Virus genome (UHGV): UHGV-0357976
Length of the DNA stretch: 19,533 nt
Strand: one strand, 5' to 3'
DNA from: a virus
The number at the start of each line of letters is the position of its first letter. The first letter of the stretch is position 1. The notes under the pieces were generated by a model. It did not search any database. It was not told where the DNA came from and saw only the letters and a program-made list of their open reading frames with translations. A program made the position numbers and the translations under genes. This document shows, in pieces, positions 1 through 6,721 of this stretch.

Positions 1-1050
1 GCTGCTGATGTGAAAGCCGGTAACAGGCTGTTTTTGAATCTTCCGTCAGGCACAGCTCAGGCCAGAACCGTCCAGGCCGTTAACGGAAACACAGTCACTG
101 TCACCACACCCTACAGCGAAACGCCGGAGGCTGAATGTAACTGGGGTGTGGACTCTGACGATCTGTTTATAGCGCTTTTCCGTGTTACGGGAACGCGGGA
201 CAACAACGACGGTACTTTCGAGGTCACCGGGACGACTTACAACCCTGATATCTATTCCGCTGTTGATACCGGCGCAAGACTGGACGAGCGGCCAGTCAGT
301 GTCATTCCGCCAGGGGTTCAGGCTCCCCCAGGAAATATCGTCGTAGACAGTTACTCTACGGTTAACCAGAACATTGCGATTACCACCATGCGCGTTGCCT
401 GGGATGCTGTTCAGGGTGCAGTTGCGTACGAGGCGGAATGGCGGCGTGACAGCGGCAACTGGATTAGTGTGCCACGAACGTCTTCTCTCGGCTTTGAAGT
501 GCAGGGTATCTACTCTGGTCGCTATCTGGTCCGCGTCAGGGCGGTGAACGCCAGCGACGTTTCATCAGTGTGGGCGACATCACCAGAAGTAAATCTTACG
601 GGTAAAGTGGGCAATCCACCGAAGCCGGTGGGTTTCATCGCGTCTGAAAACGTGGTGTTCGGTATCGAGCTGAACTGGGGGTTCCCGGCCAATACGGACG
701 ATACACTGAAGACGGAAATTCAGTACAGCCTGACCGGTACTGAGGACGATGCGATGTTGCTGGCTGATGTGCCATACCCACAGCGTAAATATCAGCAGAT
801 GGGCCTTAAAGCGGGGCAGATTTTCTGGTACCGCGCGCAGCTGGTGGACCGCAGCGGCAACGAATCAGGGTACACAGAATGGGTGCGAGGACAGGCCAGC
901 ATCGATGTATCCGATATCACCGATGCAATCCTGGAGGACATGAAAGGCTCCGATACGTTCAAAGACATGATCGAGAACGCGGTGGACAGCAACGAAAAAA
1001 TTGCTGGCATGGCTAACGATATCAAACAGGCCAACGACGAACTGGAGCAG
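1..1050 (+). CDS. J-like host-specificity (central tail fibre) protein, 3' portion of a second copy; 5' end is outside the window; no native stop (frame runs on to 1434 through antisense of the minus-strand J)
   Basis: Frame 1 translation from position 1 (AADVKAGNRLFLNLPSG...) is colinear with the minus-strand J protein: roughly 60% identity over the first ~195 aa, then near-identical from LTGKVGNPPKPVGFIASEN to ANDIKQANDELEQ (ends at 1050). After 1050 the translation becomes Cys/Arg/His-rich and non-protein-like (antisense of J). Confidence 0.7.
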
Positions 1051-1704
1051 GTCCAGCTGAGCGCTGTTCCCTGCTACAGATGCAGACAACGTTTTACGCG
1101 CGGCTACCTGCGCCAGGTTGCCCTGAATAATTGCGATAGCAGAGTTCTTCACCCCGCCCGTCATGCCGTCCATAGACACAGAAATCTCGTCGATCTTCAC
1201 TTCGGCCTGAGCCAGCCCGTCAGCGTTCTCCAGGATGTCTTTCGCTTGCTGCTCCAGTTCGTCGTTGGCCTGTTTGATATCGTTAGCCATGCCAGCAATT
1301 TTTTCATTGCTGTCCACAGCGTTCTCGATCAGGTCTTTGAACGTATCGGAGCCTTTCATGTCCTCCAGGATCACATCTGTGATGTCGGAAACATCGATGC
1401 TGGCCTGTCCTCGCACCCATTCTGTGTACCCTGATTCGTTGCCGCTGCGGTCCACCAGCTGAGCGCGGTACCAGAAAATCTGCCCAGCCTTGAGGCCCAT
1501 CTGCTGATATTTGCGCTGCGGATAAGGCACATCGGCCAGCAGCATCGCATCGTCCTCGGTTCCGGTCAGGCTGTACTGAATTTCCGTCTTCAGCGTGTCG
1601 TCGGTATTCGCCGGGAATCCCCAATTTAGCTCGATACCGAATACCACGTTTTCAGAAGCGATGAAGCCAACCGGCTTCGGTGGGTTGCCCACTTTACCCG
1701 TCAG
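595..1704. repeat. Inverted repeat formed by two convergent J gene 3' segments: arms 595-1050 (+) and 1249-1704 (-), about 456 bp each, around a 198 bp asymmetric core (1051-1248)
   Basis: The reverse complement of 1001-1050 is identical to 1249-1298; the next 40 bp differ at 3 positions; by eye the arms are about 92% identical, mostly at third codon positions. Weaker homology continues outward (1-594 vs 1705 to about 2300). Confidence 0.85.
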
Positions 1705-3840
1705 CGTTTTCTCTTCTGAATAGCCCCATCCGGATGAGATTTCTGCGGCATTGATTGCGCGTACGCGCACCAGGTAGCGCCCGGCATAAATCCCCGGGAC
1801 GTCGAATGACGTGGTGGAGCTGCGCGGCACGTTAACCCAGTTCCCGTCGTTGCGGCGCCATTGCGCTTCATAGGCGATAGCGTTCTGCGCCTGGTCCCAG
1901 CTCACGCGCATCGTTTCGACGCTGATATTTTGCTGCACCACAGAAAACGAGCTGATCACGATGTTCGAAGGCGGCGACTGGTTGCCCGGCGGGATCACGC
2001 TCACCGGCCGCTGGTCAATGATGGCTCCGGTATCGATACGGGCATATTTATCCGGGTCGTGCCATGCGCCGGTAATCGAGAAAGTGCCATCATCGTTATC
2101 GGAAACGCTGACAACTCGATACTGCTGCGCGTAGAGCTCGTCAGATTCAACCACCCAGACAGCTTCGGCCTGTGGCGTCTCACTGTATGCCGTGGTGACT
2201 GTGACTGATTCCCCGTTCACGGCCTGAATGGTCCTGCTCTGCGACGCTCCGGAGGGAAGGTTGAGAATAAGGCGATCACCTGGTGCTGCATCAGCTACGC
2301 GGTCAAGTTTGATAACGCGACCGTTAACGGCGCTGATGCGGCCGCCCATAACCTTTCCGGAAAGCAGCTCGTCTGCCACGGCGATGATGTAGCCCGGCTG
2401 CGGAATGTTTCCGTCCAGCCCGACATCAAACGAAACAACGCGATCCTTGTTATTGGTGAGAATACCCCAGCGCCCCTTTCGGTTCGCCTCTGACTGCCTG
2501 GTGCAGCCGATGGCTGTCATTTCCAGCTGATTGAAGCCGTACCGCGCCACCAGCGCCTGCTCAAATACCGGCTCCATCGCGTCGGCATAAGCGTTACCCG
2601 GGTCTGACCATGAAACCAGCGCTGTGGTGTAGCGGCTTTTCGTGGTGCTGCTCGAATAGGTGAAGCGACCGCCAACAACGTTAGCGCGCGTATAGCTGTA
2701 ATCAACATCGCGCGGCATGTCAGCCAGGGCCACAATCTGATCCCCGCCCCAGTAGGTCATGCCACGGAAGATAGCGGCAAAATCACGCAGGACTGTGTAG
2801 GCGTCGTTCCGGTCCTGAATGTACACGTTGCAGGTATAACGTGGTTCTGTACCATTGCCCCCTTTGCCGTCTGGTACCATCTGATCACAATACTGAGCAA
2901 CCTGATAAAGCGTCCATTTATCAATATTCGCAGCGGTCAAACGGTGCCCAAGGCCGAACCGGTCAGAAACAACCAGGTCGTAAAAAATCCACGCAGGGTT
3001 ATCCGTCCATGCCCACTTAAACGCACCGGTCCATGTACCGCTATAAGTGCGGGTTTCAGGGTCGTAGGTATCTGGAACGCGGATAACGCGGCCGCGCGGT
3101 TCGCATGAAATTTGAGGAATAGAGCCGTTGAACTGGCTTGAGTCGAATTCGACGTAGAGCAGCGCGGTGTTCGGGTAGCGCAGTTTGGCGTCAATCACCT
3201 CGGTGAAGCTCTGCAGCATCATCGTGTCGCCGATCTTCGCGCTGTTGGCGTCAGAGGTAATCTTACGCAGACGTATTGTCCAGGTGCTGCCAGCCTGCGG
3301 TAAATCGATACGGTGGCTGCGCTCATAACCTGAGGTCGTTTTACCGGTCACGCTGGTATTGAGTACCGTCTGCCATGTGCCGCCGTCCGTCTGTAGGTCA
3401 ATCGCATAATTGACCGAGTAACCCACCAGATCGCCGTCGTCTTCCTGTTTGAAAAGCGAGGGCCATTTAAGACGCAGGCGAACTGCTGAAAGCTGCGTAT
3501 TGGTAAACGTGCGCGTCCAGGCTGTGGCACTTGATACCTCAGTTCCTACGCTGATCTCGTTTTCGGTACCGGGAATACCCTGAATATATTTTTGCGCCTG
3601 AGTTCCCGCGCGAAACTCCCACGTTACCCCGCTGAAGTTTTGGGAGCCGTCAGCATTCTCCAGCGCTGTTCCGTCCAGGTAGATATCTTTGCCGGTGAGC
3701 TGCCCTGCAAACTCACCTTCCCCAAGCGCAACGAGGATTTTTGCCTTCGCTACAGATTGCAGATCATCAGGCTGTTCGGTAGGAGTTCGGGAACTTGAGC
3801 TGCCGCCCTTGCGGCCTTTTAACACTTTATCTGTAGCCAT
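865..3840 (-). CDS. J: Tail tip / host specificity protein J (lambda gpJ family); the homology-supported part is 1051-3840, and the last ~62 codons (865-1050) are antisense of the plus-strand J copy
   Basis: 991 aa ORF with recalled gpJ-family blocks (EVIDAKLRYPNTALLYVEFDSSQF, YTCNVYIQDRNDAYTVLRDFAAIF), fibronectin-III-like repeats, and position directly after the I homologue. The C-terminus ends in sequence that is the mirror of the plus-strand copy. Confidence 0.9.
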   Translation of the reverse strand: MATDKVLKGRKGGSSSSRTPTEQPDDLQSVAKAKILVALGEGEFAGQLTGKDIYLDGTALENADGSQNFSGVTWEFRAGTQAQKYIQGIPGTENEISVGTEVSSATAWTRTFTNTQLSAVRLRLKWPSLFKQEDDGDLVGYSVNYAIDLQTDGGTWQTVLNTSVTGKTTSGYERSHRIDLPQAGSTWTIRLRKITSDANSAKIGDTMMLQSFTEVIDAKLRYPNTALLYVEFDSSQFNGSIPQISCEPRGRVIRVPDTYDPETRTYSGTWTGAFKWAWTDNPAWIFYDLVVSDRFGLGHRLTAANIDKWTLYQVAQYCDQMVPDGKGGNGTEPRYTCNVYIQDRNDAYTVLRDFAAIFRGMTYWGGDQIVALADMPRDVDYSYTRANVVGGRFTYSSSTTKSRYTTALVSWSDPGNAYADAMEPVFEQALVARYGFNQLEMTAIGCTRQSEANRKGRWGILTNNKDRVVSFDVGLDGNIPQPGYIIAVADELLSGKVMGGRISAVNGRVIKLDRVADAAPGDRLILNLPSGASQSRTIQAVNGESVTVTTAYSETPQAEAVWVVESDELYAQQYRVVSVSDNDDGTFSITGAWHDPDKYARIDTGAIIDQRPVSVIPPGNQSPPSNIVISSFSVVQQNISVETMRVSWDQAQNAIAYEAQWRRNDGNWVNVPRSSTTSFDVPGIYAGRYLVRVRAINAAEISSGWGYSEEKTLTGKVGNPPKPVGFIASENVVFGIELNWGFPANTDDTLKTEIQYSLTGTEDDAMLLADVPYPQRKYQQMGLKAGQIFWYRAQLVDRSGNESGYTEWVRGQASIDVSDITDVILEDMKGSDTFKDLIENAVDSNEKIAGMANDIKQANDELEQQAKDILENADGLAQAEVKIDEISVSMDGMTGGVKNSAIAIIQGNLAQVAARKTLSASVAGNSAQLDLLQFVVGLFDIVSHASNFFVAVHRVLDHVFERIGAFHVLQDCIGDIGYIDAGLSSHPFCVP

Positions 3841-3850
3841 ATTGCGCCCA

Positions 3851-3873
3851 TAAAAAAGCCACCCGAAGGTGGC
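3851..3873 (-). terminator. Intrinsic-terminator-like hairpin (GCCACC-CGAA-GGTGGC) followed by a U-tract on the minus strand, in the I-J intergenic space
   Basis: 6 bp GC-rich stem at 3858-3873 with a 4 nt loop; the A6 run at 3852-3857 on the plus strand is a U6 tract 3' of the hairpin on the minus strand. Confidence 0.5.
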
Positions 3874-3892
3874 CAGAAAAAAGGTTAGTTAT

Positions 3893-4501
3893 CTACTGCT
3901 GATCTTCGACATAAATTCCGGCAGAAATAATCGCTCCGCCGATTCGACGCTTACCATAAAGCAGAGGCACCGGGTAGCCTTGCGCTGCAGTGTTGGTTAC
4001 CCCGCCAAACGCATACGATGCACGGTTATCTGCGCTTTGTTTACTGGCTATGCCTGATGGCTGCGGTGAAAGAAGCTGAATAACCCCACCGAGGACCAAC
4101 GAGGCGCCAGTGGCAGCAGCAAACCCCGTCAATCCACCAGCAGCGAAAGCAGCGCCAATACCGCCAGGGCCAGTCAATACAGCAGCAGTAATAAGCACGG
4201 CCCCCAGGATTGTCTGCAAAAGACCAGCGCGTTTACTACCGATAATTACAGGCATAATCCTTACTACATCGCCTTCAGAGGGAAAACCCATCTCATCTGC
4301 GGCAATATTTCTTTTCCCTTTGAACACCGCGAAAGTTAATCCGCGACGTTTACTGCTGATCATGAAACTTTCGAAACCTGGCAATGTTTTACTTAAAGCA
4401 ATAGCAGCTTCACCAGTTCGCGCTATCAGTCGTTGATGGGTTCTACCGAATGTCTTTCCTAACACTCCGCCGAGCTGAATTGTTGTCATTACTTCTTTCA
4501 T
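3893..4501 (-). CDS. I: Tail tip assembly protein I (lambda gpI-like)
   Basis: 202 aa; Gly/Ala-rich hydrophobic central segment and C-terminal LVLGGVIQLLSP ... AAQGYPVPLLYGKRRIGG blocks resembling recalled lambda gpI; sits between K and J. Confidence 0.8.
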   Translation of the reverse strand: MKEVMTTIQLGGVLGKTFGRTHQRLIARTGEAAIALSKTLPGFESFMISSKRRGLTFAVFKGKRNIAADEMGFPSEGDVVRIMPVIIGSKRAGLLQTILGAVLITAAVLTGPGGIGAAFAAGGLTGFAAATGASLVLGGVIQLLSPQPSGIASKQSADNRASYAFGGVTNTAAQGYPVPLLYGKRRIGGAIISAGIYVEDQQ

Positions 4502-4510
4502 ATTCTCACC

Positions 4511-4533
4511 ATAAAAAAACCCGCCGAAGCGGG
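4511..4533 (-). terminator. Intrinsic terminator (CCCGC-CGAA-GCGGG plus U-tract) immediately downstream of the lipoprotein gene
   Basis: Hairpin at 4520-4533; the A-run at 4513-4519 on the plus strand is a U7 tract after the stem on the minus strand; 12-25 nt beyond the lipoprotein stop at 4545. Confidence 0.6.
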
Positions 4534-4544
4534 TTAAGTCTTGG

Positions 4545-4886
4545 TTAGATACAGCGTTCTATTACTTTAATCCGGCTGTTTATTCGATAAGCAAATAGCC
4601 CACCTTGATGACGGAATTCAATCTTGGTAATTCCGCCGTCCGATATTAAATCAACCATCTCAAGTTGAGATTGTGTAAATACAGTTTTACCACCGTCATA
4701 AGGCTGAATAAAAACGCTTCCATATTTTTGGCTTTCTTCTTGCCAGCCAGAGAGTATGCATTCAGCTACTGCGTCAATTTGTTTCTTCGATTGAAAAGTA
4801 TTTGACGCTGGTTCCTTCCGGAGATCCTGCATACTCGAACAACCAGCCATGATTATCAAAGAAAGTGTCAATAATGTTTTTTTCAT
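4545..4886 (-). CDS. Small secreted lipoprotein (moron) inserted between tail genes K and I; function unknown
   Basis: N-terminus MKKTLLTLSLIIMAGC has a signal peptide and lipobox (IMAG-C); AAGGGGA Shine-Dalgarno about 9 nt upstream of the ATG at 4886; visibly AT-rich compared with the flanking tail genes; followed by its own terminator. The ORF-track start at 4922 would overlap the K stop, so the internal Met is preferred. Confidence 0.7.
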   Translation of the reverse strand: MKKTLLTLSLIIMAGCSSMQDLRKEPASNTFQSKKQIDAVAECILSGWQEESQKYGSVFIQPYDGGKTVFTQSQLEMVDLISDGGITKIEFRHQGGLFAYRINSRIKVIERCI

Positions 4887-4915
4887 ATCCCTATCCCCTT
4901 TGGTTTTGCAAAAGG

Positions 4916-5626
4916 TTAGCACAGAGATTTGTAACGTAGAATCTTCATCGTCCTTTCCTGCCAGTAGCCACCATACGGCACGCGCTGGCTCAGATGTCCG
5001 TACAGGTGGTGCAGCAGCATGTTACCCTCCAGTAAAATCCCGGCATGATTCCACTTATCGGCCTGCACCTGCATGATGACGAGGTCCCCTTCCTGAGGCG
5101 GGCCGTCAAACTCCCTGAATCCGCATTCATACCAGCAATCCTGATAAAAATTGTCCGGATAGGCGTTTTCCCACCAGGGATAATCCACCCGGTAATCGTG
5201 GAGCTCGATACCATGCGTTTGCCGGAAATAGCTCATTACCAGCCCCCAGCAGTCGAAGTGTCCAAGCACAAACGGACGCTCCAGCAGTGGCAGTTCTCCG
5301 CGCGGCTGGATGGTGCGTAAATCCCCCTCCGGCCAGCTCACAATATGCCAGGGTAAAAGCGTTGCGTCGCATTGCGCTTTATCCAGTTCGCTCGGCTGCG
5401 TAGTGGCGTCAGGGTGACTGTGAACGATGGCGATCACCGTACCCCAGTCCTCAGCAGCTGCATAGTCTTCTGGCGACAGGTGAAAATGTTCTGTCGGCTC
5501 GGTAGCGAGGTTACTACATGGAAAATATTTCTCTACCCGGCTCTTTTGCGCCACCACGCCGCAACACTCACGAGGATATTCAGCTGCAGCATGCGCCATA
5601 ATCGCATCGATGGTTTTCTGACGCAT
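4916..5626 (-). CDS. K: Tail tip assembly protein K (lambda gpK-like; MPN/JAB plus NlpC/P60-type domains)
   Basis: 236 aa; MRQKTIDAIMAHAAAEYPRECCGVV and HSHPD motif; strong resemblance to recalled lambda K; position between L and I. Confidence 0.88.
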   Translation of the reverse strand: MRQKTIDAIMAHAAAEYPRECCGVVAQKSRVEKYFPCSNLATEPTEHFHLSPEDYAAAEDWGTVIAIVHSHPDATTQPSELDKAQCDATLLPWHIVSWPEGDLRTIQPRGELPLLERPFVLGHFDCWGLVMSYFRQTHGIELHDYRVDYPWWENAYPDNFYQDCWYECGFREFDGPPQEGDLVIMQVQADKWNHAGILLEGNMLLHHLYGHLSQRVPYGGYWQERTMKILRYKSLC

Positions 5627-5627
5627 A

Positions 5628-6383
5628 TCAACTCCTGATCAGCGACGTACCCGGGAACCCACCAAACGAGAGTTCGTTGTTTTCACCGAACCGAAGTTTG
5701 CAGGCCGTCAGCGTTCCGTTGCATTCATCCAGTGACGGATCGCTTACCTGGTTGTTGTTTTTGTCGAAATAGCGCGTACCTGCATAGTCGCAGCCGTCGC
5801 CGGTTCGGTACTTGTTCCGGATGCACCATGTGCACAGAGAATGAAGCTGGCGGGTAGGTATCATCAGCCCCTGCAGATCCATAGGGCTGGATAGTGTGAA
5901 CTCAACAACTTCATTGTTTTCACTGCTCTTTGCATCGATGTAGAAAACCTTCAGCTTCTCCTGGGTCGGATCGGCTGTCGGATTGCCTCCGGTGAAGTTT
6001 CTCGCATCGAGATACTTACCAAGGGTGTCATGTATCGTCACCTTCGCCTGCAGCATATCGTCGTAAGCCAGGCAAAGCGCGGTGATCGAACTGTCGAGGT
6101 TAGCAACCGAAAGTTTTGGCTGGGCACTACTTCCCGAGGTTGAAGCTTCGATCCCCTCAATCTGGCATGGCCACGCTTTATACTCCTCACCCTGCCACCA
6201 GATAGATTTTGCTGGCAGTTTATTTTCATCACCGCCAGCAGCGATAATTTCGGCTTCAGAGTGCGCAAGACTGTAGCTGTGAAATCGCAGCACATCACCT
6301 GTACCAAATGCCGTGCCATCCACTTCGAAAAGCCTGACCACATCGCCAGGTTCGAGCTTCTGAAAATCTGCGTTAAGACTCAT
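5628..6383 (-). CDS. L: Minor tail protein L (lambda gpL-like)
   Basis: 251 aa; C-terminal cysteine cluster (CTWC ... C ... C) typical of gpL; position between M and K. Confidence 0.85.
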   Translation of the reverse strand: MSLNADFQKLEPGDVVRLFEVDGTAFGTGDVLRFHSYSLAHSEAEIIAAGGDENKLPAKSIWWQGEEYKAWPCQIEGIEASTSGSSAQPKLSVANLDSSITALCLAYDDMLQAKVTIHDTLGKYLDARNFTGGNPTADPTQEKLKVFYIDAKSSENNEVVEFTLSSPMDLQGLMIPTRQLHSLCTWCIRNKYRTGDGCDYAGTRYFDKNNNQVSDPSLDECNGTLTACKLRFGENNELSFGGFPGTSLIRS

Positions 6384-6721
6384 GGTTTGTAGGCCTGTTC
6401 AAAAGTTGCAGAAAGATTAAATAACCCGGCACCAAGTGGCGTTGGTGTGTAGGTGTCGCAGCGGTAAAGCCCGAGAGGCTCAAGCGGCGGGCGCCACTGA
6501 AACGCCGTCACGCCCGCATGGCGATCGAGAAAGTCTTTAATCGCCCCGATATACGTTTCGGTACCGGTAAACTGGAGAGTCCATTTCTGCGAGCGGGGAT
6601 TAATCCCGTCGCCGGAAACCTGCTGATATCCGTCACCGAACTGCGCGGTGCGCCGTCGGAATGTCACTTCCTGCTCCGCGTTCGGGCGCGGACACCAGCT
6701 GAATGTTTCTATAGCCATCAC
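6380..6721 (-). CDS. M: Minor tail protein M (lambda gpM-like)
   Basis: 113 aa; RFGDGY motif region; 4 bp overlaps with the tape-measure stop and the L start; position directly after the tape measure gene. Confidence 0.8.
   Translation of the reverse strand: MMAIETFSWCPRPNAEQEVTFRRRTAQFGDGYQQVSGDGINPRSQKWTLQFTGTETYIGAIKDFLDRHAGVTAFQWRPPLEPLGLYRCDTYTPTPLGAGLFNLSATFEQAYKP

Noticed and set aside
792-1462. ORF-track entries 749..943 (+), 792..1034 (-), 1235..1462 (+), 1304..1624 (-)
   Set aside because: These are mirror or out-of-frame shadows created by the inverted J repeat; their sequences are antisense or alternate-frame images of J coding sequence.
595-1704. Site-specific invertible host-range segment of the Mu G / P1 C type (Gin/Cin/Hin family)
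   Set aside because: The tail-to-tail layout is reminiscent, but no serine invertase gene is present in the window, no short crossover sites were recognisable, and neither orientation supplies a proper stop codon. Only homologous recombination between the long arms can be proposed.
1-2300. Diversity-generating retroelement (template/variable repeat pair) targeting the J tail-fibre gene
   Set aside because: The repeats are inverted and about 456 bp long, not short direct repeats; the differences are not adenine-specific; there is no reverse transcriptase gene in the window.
1-2300. Simple fold-back (palindromic chimera) sequencing or assembly artefact as the sole explanation for the J inverted repeat
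   Set aside because: Not fully excluded, but the arms differ at about 8% of positions, mainly synonymous, and diverge strongly further out, which a pure fold-back artefact would not produce. It still needs read-level confirmation.
4887-4915. Palindrome TTTTGCAAAA (4904-4913) between K and the lipoprotein gene as a possible hix/gix-like recombination site
   Set aside because: It does not match the recalled invertase crossover-site consensus and there is no recombinase gene nearby; more likely an incidental palindrome or small operator.
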